This document shows, piece after piece, positions 11,422 through 22,968 of a stretch of 26,569 bases of DNA; the stretch's first letter is position 1; each line of letters begins with the position of its first letter. Location: assembly GCF_006345805.1 (NCBI RefSeq), contig NW_021834139.1:1-26569 (forward strand), in the 5' to 3' direction. The notes beneath the pieces were generated by a model, which did not search any database, was not told the origin of the DNA, and saw nothing but the letters and a program-made list of their open reading frames with translations. The DNA comes from Octopus sinensis (Eukaryota). The position numbers and the translations under genes were made by a program.

Positions 11422-11714
11422 AACTAAATATTGTAGCCACACAGGGCTAAACACAGAATAAAAATGGACGAAATACAATGTAGAATTTTTTCTTTTCGAG
11501 GTGAGATGGGTGGGGCAAAAAAAAAAAAAAAACGTTTGATCAATAGGGATCTGTGGGTTGTGTGGTGTATAAAAAAGCAATATATATATATATATAAGGT
11601 TCACAGTTTAGGTGTAGTCTTGGAAAGAAAAACCTACGAAAAAGACCAAGGTCACCTCAGACAATTCGAAAAAGAACACATGAGTAAGTCGCCTTACTTC
11701 TCGTTGTCTTTTGG

Positions 11715-14700
11715 TTACAGATTTATGCTTAAAATAGTGTCGTCTTTCATACTGACCATTTTTGCCACTTTTACCCACTTTTTATTAAAACTTTCGTTCG
11801 ACAAAGCCTTCCTCTCTATTCTCATCCTCCTTTTCAAATGGTACTTGAAAAAGTTGACGAGAGACTGACCAGAGAGGAAGGTGTTTGTTTGCAGTCCTTT
11901 CAAACGCGTCCACCACATACATTCTTTCGCCATAGCCATCAGCGTAACGAAAACCGTTTTCCCTTCCCGTTTAAAGGAAGGTGGTGGAACAATATTCACA
12001 ATAGACTCGTCGTTCAGACTCGTCGTTCTGAACAGGCGGGTTAGGAATTCCTCGTCGACGCCCAGGTTTGCCCCGAGTGTGTCGTCGGACCTCCCCTCCA
12101 CTAGTCCTCTATAGAACGCTTTAGTCGTTTGGAAGTTGCACAAGTTTGACCCCGGTCGGCAGAGCTGCTGTAGAGCTTGGCGACACTCTCGGTGCTAATC
12201 GCCCAGTTTCGGTCTCTTTTTGATCCACGTTTGCAGTTCGGTCAGTGAGACGAGCTGCGGGAAGGAGCGCCTCACAAACGGCGCCCACACCTGTTCACCA
12301 TCATCGATGAAGTTCCAGAGATGTCGCAGTCTCAGCGCATGCCTGCGCATCATCAACCACGGCATGCCCAGTCCTCCATTCAATGGATGTTGACAGCAAA
12401 TGGACTTCCTCACCATCGGAACGCCACCCTTCCACAGGAAGCGGAAGAGTATGCGCTCCAGTTTGGTGATGGTAGCGTCGGGACAAGGCACGACGGTCAG
12501 GCGGTAATCGATGACGAATGCGATGTACGCGTTCGCCACCTCCGCCCGACCTTTTAGAGACAGCTTTCTCTCGGCCCATGTTTGGCTGAGAGCGACCACT
12601 CTACTCGTGATCTCGTCCCAGTTCTTATCCATTTGGAGGTCCGGACTGAACCAGATCCCGAGCAATTTAACCGGTCCGTCCGTCCAGCGTCCCACTACTG
12701 AGCCGCAGTCGGACGGCATGGGCTTGCTTCTCCAGGTGCCGAGTAGCAAACCCACTGACTTTTCCGGGTTAATCTTCGCTCCCGTCACCGTTTCGTACTT
12801 TCTTAGTGTCTCGCCTATCATCTGGATGTGTTTGTCGCTCGACACTATGACGGTGATATCGTCCGCATATGCCGACACGCTCATCCCGCAACCCAGTTCC
12901 CGTGGGATGCCCCTCAGTGTCGCCAGCTTCCGCAGTAGCGGCTCGAGAGTCAATACATACAGAAGCGCCGACAGGGGACACCCCTGACGGACCGAACGCG
13001 TGATGTCAAACGGTTTCGACAGGTGACCGTTCACCCGAATCACCGATCGGATGCCGCTACACAAGGCAGCGATCCAACAGCGGAAGACGGGACCGAAGCC
13101 AGCCGCCCTGAGGACGGCCGCCAAGTACCGATGGTCGACCCTATCGAAGGCTTTAGACTGATCCAAATTGATCAGCGCCCCACCCATGCCAGGATCCTTA
13201 ACTACCCTGTTCACAATGTAGCGCATCAGATGGAGGTTGTCATGTATGGTTCTGCCCGGCACGGCGCATGTTTGCGCCCTGTCGACCAGTTTACCAATGA
13301 CAAGCGCCAACCTCTCGGCTATTACTTTGGCCAAAATTTTCAAATTATCTATAAAATTCTCCCTGTTTGGGTCTTTCTTCAGCAACGTCACTGCACCTCG
13401 GCTCACGAAACCGGGGATTCTCCCGTTTTGTTGCCAGTTGAAGTAGACTGATGCCAAGAGGTCGCCAAACAAGTCTGGCATTTGACAATACAGCTCGTAG
13501 GGTAAACCATCCAATCCAGGCGACTTATCCCTCGCACAGCCCGCCATCGCATCCCGCACGTCAGCGGCTGTGATGGGACTTTCACAACACTCCGCTTCTC
13601 TTGCCGAGAGCCGCGGCAGGTCGGTCAGGTAGGCACTGAAATCCATCCCGCGTTCCGACCCACCACTCGCACCAAACAGTCGAGCAAAGTGCTGTTGAAA
13701 GGCCTCACACAACCTTTCGGGTTCGAATAAACTGCATCCATGTTGATCTATTAGAGACCGAATGGTGGCTCTGTTGCTACGCTGCACCTCCGCTACCCGG
13801 GCCTCTCGCGCAGCTTCGATCCCTTCGTTCCTTAAGGCACGCATTTTAGCTCTGACGACGCAACCTTCGTGCTTGGCGTTGAGGTGTTGGTCGAGGGCCA
13901 TACTCGCAGCCAGCACGTTGGTTGCGCTGCCAGTGGTAAGTGCCTCTTCTAGTTTCTTAACTAGGTCTCCCTCTACTCTGTTTCGATCTATCGCTAATTC
14001 CTTGCTAAAGCTAATTGATTCTGATTTTATTGCCATTTTCAGGGCGAACCACCAGCGGTTTTTAACGACGGCTCCCGTCAGCGCCCTCTTCATTAACTCG
14101 CTAATCCGGTTCCTGTAAACCTGTCGCGCTAAGAGCGACGTGTTCAGTTTCCAGTAACCGGGACCCTGTCTATGTGTCTTATCTAAGTCGAGCGTACACG
14201 TCACAAATTTGTGATCTGTGTAGCTGACTATTTTAAATTGTGGACATCCTACACTATGCCTATCCGCTGTCCTGCATAGAATTCTATCTAGATAAGATCT
14301 CGACGATCCGAAGCGATTTGTCCAAGTCCACGTTGGCACGTTCGGATGGTCGAGTCGGAACCTGTCAGACAAATAGAAACGTCTGAGTAGGTCTTTGAGG
14401 CACTTACTCCCCCTTCTATTCCTATCAATTCCCACATAATCTAGATGCGTGTCCAAGGTAGCGTTCCAATCCCCTACTAACAGTAAAGGTCTAGATGTAC
14501 CCAGGAAAACATCTAGACGTCTGAAGAAATCCGCCCGACCCGTTAAGGACGGTGCATAAACTGCCATCAGACGGAATGCACACCCATTTCTGCCATCCAC
14601 GTCCAAGACAACCAGCCTACCCTCCGGGTCTAGGAATATTGTTCTTGCTTTTACATTTAGACTCTTTCGAAAAAGCACCGCGGTACCTCCCATGTTCGGC

Positions 14701-14885
14701 AGACAGGGAGAAAAATAAATGTCGAATTGATCGCCAAACATGGACGCGAGGGCCCATGGCTTGCTGAGTCTGGTTTCACTGATAGCTACTATATCCACGT
14801 TCAGTGACTTGATGTCGTTTAGAAGGTAACCTTGCTTCCAAGCCGACGCCAAGCCACGCGCCTACACACAACCTAATTTAAGCAT
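11715..14885 (-). pseudogene. LINE ORF2: AP-endonuclease + reverse transcriptase (disrupted)
   Basis: ATG at 14885 MLKLGCV*ARGL; APE motifs ISET, VYAP, GDWN, YLDRI, TDH; YWKLN; RT motifs KSPGLDG, LDQSKAFDRVDH, VRQGCPLS, YADD (12858-12869), GGLG. In-frame TAG stops at 14862-14864 and 12195-12197; the 11715..12143 ORF is the same frame. Confidence 0.95.
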
Positions 14886-14959
14886 AATTGACGTTTAAGA
14901 AATTTGTGTTTCACACACTACATTGGAAGAGACAAGAGGCAAGAGGGAAGGTCACTTAC

Positions 14960-16940
14960 TCATTTCGGAAGTTTCAGTTTTTTCTTCTTCTTTTGTAGTG
15001 TCTTTGAGGAGGTGTTTGTATAGTTTTTTGAGAGGTATCGTTGAAACCCGCCTACCGCATTTGGAAATATTGTTTTCAGTGTATGGTGTTGTGTTTGTGT
15101 TATGTGTACAATTCTTATATGTTTCGGTGGTGTGGTGCGCGGATGATTGTTAGTCTTAAAGTCATCTTCACAGATGTTCGTGTTGGATGCAATGTAATCC
15201 ATTGATTTTTTATTGTCTGAGTCTATTGCAGTTAGTTGTGTGTGGTTTTGCGGGTTCATTGATTTTTTTATTGTCTAGGGGGATGCTGTCCGGAGTTAAA
15301 TATCTCCCTGCTTTACTTACTTGTTTGGTGGGCTTTTTTTTATTTTTTCCTTTTAACCCCTGTGGCTATTTGCCATTCCGTCGAACTTTCGTCGTTGGAC
15401 GACGAGTCCCGACGAATCAGAAGGGGTAAAGGCGAATAACTAGCGTTAATATGTATCCTTGTAGAAATTGTTGATGTTTTGTGCGGTGTTTGTGTTGTTG
15501 GGGTGTTAGGGGTAGAATTTGTCTTCTCGTCACTGTTTTCTGTTTTTTTAGTTGTCCTCGGTGTTGGTGTTGGTCTATCTTTTGTTGGTTCAGTAGGTTG
15601 CGACGTCAACGGTGATTGTGTTGGTGCTGTTTCTTTTCTTGGTGATGTTGTTGGGGTTTGTTTGCTGGTTTGTTGTTTTTCTTGGCATTGTTCCATAATT
15701 GAGTGTTTTGGTGTTGGTGTTGATGTTGGCAACAAGGGTTTTTTATTTATTTTCTGATTTGTTCTTTCTTGTTTTTTCTGTGCCAGAGCGCACTTGGCAA
15801 TTAAATGTTCTGGGCTGCCACAGTTGTAGCATCTAGGCTTTTTGCCTTCTGCTACAACATGTAGGCTTTGTCCATTTTCTAAATGGATCCTATCAGGTAG
15901 GTTCTCGATAGAGGACCCCTCAATCTGGATGGTCACTACTATTGTTTTACCACCCTAATTGTCGTTTTTGTACACGGCGGTTTCTAATATGTTTATCGTT
16001 TTCAAATGGTAACAGATCGCTCCTGTTATCCATTTGTTAGGTATCTCGGGGGGTACATTTTTAATGCTAATTCTACTCACTCTCTGGCCTTTCTAATATG
16101 GGATCATGATGATTTCATCATTTTGCAAAGACTCCGTAGAATGAGCTTTTGCCACTTCCTTGTTAGGGAAGCGGACAACCACTGTATTAAACTGGGGACC
16201 CCAGTTTATATATTCTTTTTTTTCATTATGTTTTTTAAACACTTTTCTATGTCCGTTTTTGTAATCTGTTCATTTTGTTTTTTGTTTTTTTTTATAATTT
16301 TATATATAATTGTCTTATTTTCTATTTGTTCCTTTATGTGTTGAGATGTATGCAGCACTAAATCCTGCCCTTGGGTTGTAAAGAGTGCTCTCGTTTCTAT
16401 TAACTCTTCATTCGTAAATTTTACTATTTCTTTTTTCTGACGCAAGGCGTCAGCGAAATTTACCGTTATATTCTGGCAGTTGTTGTCGTTGTGTGTTTTT
16501 GTTGTTGCTGTATCCGAAATATTCTTGTACGTGGCTTTTACAGGTGCTGTTGATTCTATTATATTAATATCTTCACTATTAGATGGTAAAATATTTATTT
16601 CGTTTTTGTTGTTGTTCTTGTTGTTGTTGTTTTTGTTAATAGTATTCGCGTGAGTTTTATTTTTATCATTTATGTTGGTGGTGGTGGTGGTGGTGGTGGT
16701 GGTGGAGGTGGTGGTGGTAGCAGTAGTAGTCTCGTTGTTGTTGTTGTTGTTAGTGGTGGTGGTGGTGACAGGGCTGTTACCGCAAGTGGTTGCAGCGTTC
16801 ACTACCACGTCACTCAGGTTTGTCTTTGTCGGATGTGTGTCCGTGCATAAGTTCTTTTTTTCTCCTTGCGTTTCAAGTCTAGGAAAATGCTGGTCCATAA
16901 AGGAACGCGACCAGCGTTCTACAGTAACATTTCTCGACAT
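14960..16940 (-). pseudogene. LINE ORF1 (gag-like nucleic-acid-binding protein with zinc knuckle), broken by frameshifts and stops
   Basis: Segments 16206..16940, 15340..15936 and 14960..15259 lie in series upstream of ORF2; CX2CX4HX4C knuckle CYNCGSPEHLIAKC at 15790-15831; ISIKNVPPEI motif upstream; breaks lie near T homopolymers (~16216, ~15335). Confidence 0.85.
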
Positions 16941-17139
16941 TTTTTAATGTCGAGAAGAAAAATGCACAAATTAAATAGGGTTGAAACTGCCCCTAGGGGC
17001 GAATTCCTCCCTTGGAAAAGCACTCAAACGAAAGTTGGGTGCCTTACACACCTTATTTACAAAAATGTACACAAAATATGGGCTATAAATAGTCAAAATA
17101 AACGATTACCTTCGGAGCCGAGGTGACAACACGTCAGTC

Positions 17140-17272
<133 letters not shown>

Positions 17273-17452
17273 ATGAGTGTAAACCCTACATCTTCTTTAA
17301 TTCTCTCACCATCTCAACCCCTTTCGCCCCAACCGTATATGGAAAGTCGTCCCTTCATAAATCTGGTTCCACGCCAAATCAGTAGAAAGAAATTTATCTT
17401 TGATAAATATTTATAAAATATCTTTCACCTCGGCAGGGGTCCAGTGCTCGCT

Positions 17453-17525
17453 GTTCTTGTTCTTGTTCTTGTTCTTGTTGTCGCTATTGTTGTTATTGCT
17501 GCTGCTGCTGCTGCTGCTGCTGCTG
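17453..17525. repeat. (TTCTTG)n / (CTG)n simple repeats
   Basis: Visible tandem units. Confidence 0.9.
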
Positions 17526-17770
17526 AAATTTAGGTCTGAGATTATATTTAACTTCAGTCTGTAATTATAGATCTCCCACTATGACCATTATTCAGACAAA
17601 GTGTATCTAAGAATATATTTTCAAATGTGTCCTTCCTCGCCGATGAGGAATTTTTTAGCCCAAGGTCTTCTCGGATCCAGCAAACCTATCATCAAATTTA
17701 TTGCTACCGTTAATACTCCGCACTGATTCTGACTTAATGTATCTAGGACTACATTATCTAAAGGCTACTT

Positions 17771-17985
17771 AAGGCGGCGAGCAGCCAGAATCGTTAGCAC
17801 GCCGGACAAAATGCTTAGCGACATTTCGTCCGTCTCTACGTTCTGAGTTCAAATTAAGTTGAGGTCGACTTTGTCTTTCATCTTTTCGGGATCGATAAAA
17901 TAAGTACCAGGTAAATATTAGGGTTAATATAATCGACTATCCTCTTCCCAAAAGTTTCAGGCTTTGTGCCCAGAGTAGAAAATAC
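17771..17985 (+). mobile_element. SINE (Nin-domain-like octopus family) with (ATT)n tail
   Basis: aaggcggcgagc..gaatcgttagcacgccgg..gagttcaaatt (B-box-like)..gtcgactttg.ctttcat..tcgataaaataagtaccag; four mutually similar copies in the window. Confidence 0.85.
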
Positions 17986-18057
17986 TATTATTATATTATT
18001 ATTATTATTATTATTATATTATTATTATTATTATTGTTGTTGTTGTTACTATTATTA

Positions 18058-19401
18058 TTTTTTTTCTTCTTTCAAATTTGCTTCCATTTCTTGCCGAGTG
18101 TCTTCCCGACTCCTAGGGCAAAGAAACTCATAGTATACATTGGTAGGTCATTAAACCAAACTCAATAGTTCGTTCATTTAAAAAATTTTTTTTTTTTTTT
18201 AAGTTAAATTAAAATACATGAGCAGCAACAGTTCTCACATCGACAATGCTCTTCTCAATACGTGTGATGTACCAGTTAAGACAATCTTTTACACTTCTTG
18301 CAGGGATGGTAAGCCAGGGATCATTCTCATATAATTTTCGGTTCCCTTCTTGATCATTCCTAATGCTCCTACGATCACTGGTATTGTAACCGCCTTGAGA
18401 TGCCACATTTTCTCAATTTCAATGAGTAGGTCTTTATATTTTCTGAGCTTGTCAAACTCTTTCGGTGAGATATTATGATCACAGGGGATGCTCATGTCGA
18501 TCAATAAGCAAACTTTATTGTTTTGGTCTTTCACAACAATATCTGGTTTATTGGCCTTGATGGTTCGGTCTGTATGTACTGGAAAGTCCCACAGAATGGT
18601 TACATTTCTCCTTCAGTTACAGCCTCAGGGTGGTGATTATACCACTTGTCGGCAGTTTTGATATTGTAATGCCGACTTATTAGCCAGTGTAGATATTGGC
18701 CAACTCTGTCATGTCTTAATTTATACTCCACTGGTGCTAAGACTTTACATCCAGAGATTAGGTGGTCCACTGTTTCAATCATGTCGTTGCAGAATCGGCA
18801 TTTTGGGTCTGCTCCATTTTTCATCACATTGGCCTGGTAGTTCCGGGTTAATAGGCTTTGATCTTGAGCAGCCAGGATGAGACCTTCGCTCTCTGCTTTT
18901 AGCCCTGAGCTCCGTAGCCACTGATGGGTTTGCTTCTGGTCAACATCAGCTTGTTTGCTGCGGGCCACATATTTGCCGTGCAGAGGTTTCTCCTCCCACC
19001 TATCAGCCAATTGCTCGTGCGCTTTTTTCGTTGCCATTATTTTTACCTTCTTTGCAACAATAGTTGCCGTACTTCCCTCGGGTTGTTCAGTTTGGGTATC
19101 CTGCAGGAGATCAATAGCAAATTTTTTGCTTTCCTTTATGATAGAATGAAGCTTCTTTCGTCTCTCGTGATTTTCCACGAGCTTTAGCATCCAGTCATTC
19201 GTTATTTCGAGATATTTGGCCAGTCCAATTGTGGGTATTTTGTAAGCTAGTTTAAATTGGATCAGGCCTCGACCTCCTTGGGCTCTGGGAAGGTAAAGGC
19301 GATCTACGTCTGCCTTTGGGTGGTGCATCCTATTACAACTCAGCAGCTTGCGTATTTCCCTATCTATATTCTTTACTTCACTCATATTCCAGTACAACAC
19401 A
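18058..19401 (-). mobile_element. 5'-truncated R4/Dong-clade non-LTR retrotransposon (restriction-like endonuclease) within (TAA)n
   Basis: Coding remnant plus 3'UTR ending in a short A run; (ATT)n on both sides (17986-18057 and 19402-19474). Confidence 0.9.
18235..19400 (-). pseudogene. Dong/R4 ORF C-terminus: RT thumb, CCHC finger, PD-(D/E)xK endonuclease
   Basis: HHPKADVDRLYLPRAQGGRGL, KPLHGKY, AAQDQSL, CRFC..ETVDHLISGC, RHDRV; frameshift near 18605; then ILWDFPVHTDRTIKANKPDIVV..LIDMSIP..KLRKYKDL..PVIVGALG; premature TAA at 18289-18291; natural stop at 18235-18237. Confidence 0.92.
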
Positions 19402-19474
<73 letters not shown>

Positions 19475-19475
19475 C

Positions 19476-19700
19476 AAGGCAGCGAGCTGGCAGAATCGGT
19501 AGCACACTGGGCGAAATGCTTAGCAACATTTCGTCCGTCCTTACGTTCTGAGTTTAAATTCCGCCGATGTCGACTTTGTCTTTCATTCTTTCGGGATCGA
19601 TAAAATAAGCACCAATTGTGGACTGGGGTCGATCTAATCGACTGGCCCCCACCCCACAAAAAAAATTTCGGGCCTTGTGCCTAGAGTAGAAAAGAATATT
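19476..19700 (+). mobile_element. SINE (same Nin-like family)
   Basis: Collinear with 17771-17985; starts directly after (ATT)n. Confidence 0.85.
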
Positions 19701-19870
19701 GTTGACACCAGTTTCACACCGTCACAAAATTTCTCTTTAGCTTCCGATATCAAAAGTGATTCCGTTGCAAGGATTATCACCAGACCCTTAATTCTCACTA
19801 AACGTAGGCCGCACGGACACCACCAGCCTCGAAACACTGTCGGCCCTGCATCTCCTCTTCTAATAAACTT

Positions 19871-20071
19871 AATTCTTTCTAATTTCGAGGGGATGAAGAA
19901 GTCGATTATATCAACCCCACTGTTCAACTCATAATTATTTAATTGACTCACGAAAGAATTAAAAACAAAGTCAACCTCAGCGAAATTTTGAACTCAGAAC
20001 GTAAAGAATCGGACGAAAAGCCGCTACGCATTTTGTCCGACACGCTAAAGGTTCTGCCAGCTCGCCACCTT
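19871..20071 (-). mobile_element. SINE (same family, diverged, inverted)
   Basis: Reverse complement: ttgaactcagaacgt..ttctgccagctcgccacctt. Confidence 0.8.
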
Positions 20072-20094
20072 AGAAACTTCCAAATATTGACATC

Positions 20095-20305
20095 AAATTT
20101 TGGCACAAGGCCAGTGATTTTGGTGAAGCGGGGTGTTAGTCGATTACATCGACCTCAGCGCTCAACTGGTACTTATTTTATCGACCTCGAAAGAGTGAAA
20201 GGCAAAGTCGATCTCGACGGAATTTGAACTCAGAACGTAGAGACGAACAAAATATCGCTCAGTAGTTTGCCCGGTGCGCTAATGATTCTGCCAGTTCGCC
20301 ACTTT
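20095..20305 (-). mobile_element. SINE (same family, inverted)
   Basis: ctggtacttattttatcgacc..aaaggcaaagtcga..gaactcagaacgt..gattctgccagttcgcc. Confidence 0.85.
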
Positions 20306-21051
20306 AAGACTGACTTATCTTAAAATACCAAAACTCAAAGCTCATTTATACGGACGTGAAACACCTTCTTCTAGTCTTGTTTTCTCTTAATCTAACGACA
20401 CGAAAAGCTAGCGCTCTTTGTATCAAAATGGCTTCCGAATTCACGGAATTTTACAGCGAATTCTACAATGGAAGCAGTAAAAAATTTCTCCAGTTTTTTT
20501 TGTTTTCCTTTTTCCAATTTATTTCTCGCTATTATCACAACTATCCACATAAAACTCAAATAAAATTTTAGAATTGAAAAGAAAACGAAATTTTTAATCT
20601 ATAAGAAAAATTATCTTCATCACCCCGGGTACACATCTTCAAATGTACCACACACACACACACACACATACACAAGCATAAACACACACACACAAGCATA
20701 AACACACACACATACGGAGTTAGTCTTTTACATTGAAGAAAATTTGCATTACTGTACTTCGATTTTGACTTAACCTAAATAAATCCCTTGCTAAAGAATG
20801 CAACCTAAAATTTTTCTATAACGAACATTTTCAAATCACGCAAGTAAACTGTCGTCTGCTTCTCCCATTTTATTATAACAAGATTTTCTTTTAGCATGGC
20901 GGCGATGGTGCAGTCTTTTTTTTACTGTTACTTTGCAATTTTCTATCTTGATTCGTCGAAATACATCTAATTTAACGGGGCTGGTTTTTGTTTTTTACAT
21001 GAAAGCTTTTGTCTTTTTATTATAAATTATTAAGAACTAGAATTATATAAA

Positions 21052-21426
21052 TGTGTGTGTGTATGCATGCCTGTGTGCGCGCGCGGGGGTTTGCGTGTGT
21101 GTGTGTATGTATGTCTGTGTGCGTGCGTATGTGTGTGTATGTGTGTGTAATACTATTTTCTCTACAGATAAGCTGCTTAATTTGATGCGGCATACATAGA
21201 CAGACAGACAGATAAATAAATAGACAGATACATACATACATACACGTATATATTTATGTACATGTAACATAGAGACGCAAATAGCAAAGAATGTATAGTT
21301 AAGTATATGATATATATTGGTATATATATATGTGTGTGTGTGTGTTTGTCTGAGAGAGACAGATAGAGAAACAGAGAGAGAATATATAAACATGTGTGTG
21401 TGTGTCTCACACACACACACACACAC
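21052..21426. repeat. Mixed (TG)/(GACA)/(AG)/(CA) microsatellites
   Basis: Visible tandem units. Confidence 0.9.
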
Positions 21427-22750
21427 GTTTCCGTGGCATCGAGAACAAAGCCTGCAGGTTTACCCAGTGCGACATTGTTGATTTCTACCCTTCAATATCG
21501 AAACCCTTCCTCCAGAAGCCTTTAAATTTTGGCTAGCAATTATCCCCAATATCAGTGACCTTGATGTCAGAACCATGATGAACGCTAGAAAGTCCATCTT
21601 AGTTAAGGATGATTTCTACAGGGTGAAGAAAGAAGGCAACCCACTGTTCGACATATCTATGGGGAACCACGACGGCACCGAGATCGTTAATCTTGTCGGA
21701 TTATTCATCTTGGATACCTTACGGAAACATATGACCCCTACACACAAACAATTCAGCCCTCTATAAGGGCAACCGCTGGACAATCTCAAGCCATATGAAC
21801 GGCCATGCCATAGATAAATTCAAGAAGGATTTGTCAAAGATCTTCAAAGACGTTGGCCTATCCATAATAGTCATTAGCAACGTGACAAAGGTCGACTTCC
21901 TGAACGTAACCTCAGACCTGATAAATAGTAAGTACAACCCATTTAGAAAACTCAACGAAGGAATTGTGTATATACACAGAAACTTAAACCACCGCTATAA
22001 TTAAAACCTAATGCCAGGAATCAGCAAGAGAATCTCGACGCATTCTCAAGAGATCTTCAATAGGGCCACTCCCATTACGAGACATTAACAAGGTGTGGAT
22101 TCACTGAGAAATTAACATATATAAAGGACTACACCCTCCGCACTCAAAAAGAACCAGAGAGAGAAGGGTCATCTGGTCAACCTTCCATTTAACCTAGAAG
22201 TTTCTAACAACATAGCTAGGAGTTACCTATCGTTGATCAAGAAGCATTTTCCGAGAGGCCATGAAAACTAAAAGCTCTTCAAACCCTGCAACGTTATGGT
22301 TGGCTACTCCTGCATAGACAATATCGCTTCCAGGATCGCACGATACAATACATGCAAACACACAATCACACACTTCCCAATCTACATCCCAGCCTGTATC
22401 TGTCGAAACGTTACTAATTACCTTATGAGTGGATCCTGCTTCTCCAGGGCTGTGGTCTACAGAATCACCCTCACTCTATCCGACGGCATCACAAGACATT
22501 ACACGCACATGACTGCCAGTGACTTCAAGGCAAGATATACTCAGGATATGCACTCCTTCAGATGCAGAGATAGAGAAAACTCTATCTCCATGTTCCGCTT
22601 TATTTGGAGACATCGCGATCATCGGAATGACTTCTTCAACAACGAATGGAGCATCATTGGCAGTTCCCCACCCTACTCACCCAGATCACGCAATTGACGG
22701 ACTGTATGTTCTCTCTCCCCCTGCAAGATGTATTCAAACATTCAAAACAG

Positions 22751-22783
22751 CTGATGGATGCTGCAGGGTACAACAGCCGAAAC
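22751..22783 (+). ncRNA. Degenerate hammerhead-like motif
   Basis: CTGATGGA-tGCTG cagggtacaa CAGCc-GAAAC; no clean NUH triplet or helix I downstream. Confidence 0.35.
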
Positions 22784-22924
22784 ATTGTGACCATAACAAC
22801 GAGGACGATGGTACTACTGGTCTAACTGTAGCAGTATATCTTGAACGTGTGGTGCGCATGCGTGGCATTGATATTCTATATATTGCTGACGGGAGATTCG
22901 GTTGTTATAGCGCTACTCTACATC

Positions 22925-22968
22925 TATCACCGATGACCTATAGCAGGGTGAAATCACGTGATCTGGCA
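22925..22968 (+). ncRNA. Minimal type I hammerhead ribozyme motif (one core substitution)
   Basis: tatca-CCGATGA-cct atagc agg gt-GAAA-TCACGTGA-TC-tggca; palindromic helix III atcacgtgat (22953-22962); AUC triplet. Confidence 0.65.

Larger units (their letters stand above)
11422..17139 (-). mobile_element. Near full-length L1/Tx1-clade non-LTR retrotransposon (5'UTR, ORF1, ORF2, 3'UTR), inactivated
   Basis: Two-ORF layout with a CCHC-knuckle ORF1 and an APE+RT ORF2; both ends abut (GATA)n. Ends inferred from the transitions into the microsatellite. Confidence 0.9.

Noticed and set aside
12301-14767. Antisense and alternate-frame ORFs inside LINE ORF2
   Set aside because: Shadow ORFs of a GC-rich coding region with no recognisable motifs
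16989-17000. 12-bp palindrome gcccctaggggc in the LINE 5'UTR
   Set aside because: Single short palindrome; chance cannot be excluded
17428-17535. Possible minus-strand exon (tttcag|CAGCAG...GAG|gtgaaa)
   Set aside because: Mostly simple repeat, weak donor, no supporting homology
19401-19529. N-terminus with poly-Asn on the 309-aa ORF
   Set aside because: Read-through from the antisense SINE and the (AAT)n target into the truncated Dong element
19805-19846. Hammerhead-like GAAACACTGTC flanked by ggcc
   Set aside because: No CUGANGA core or helix II
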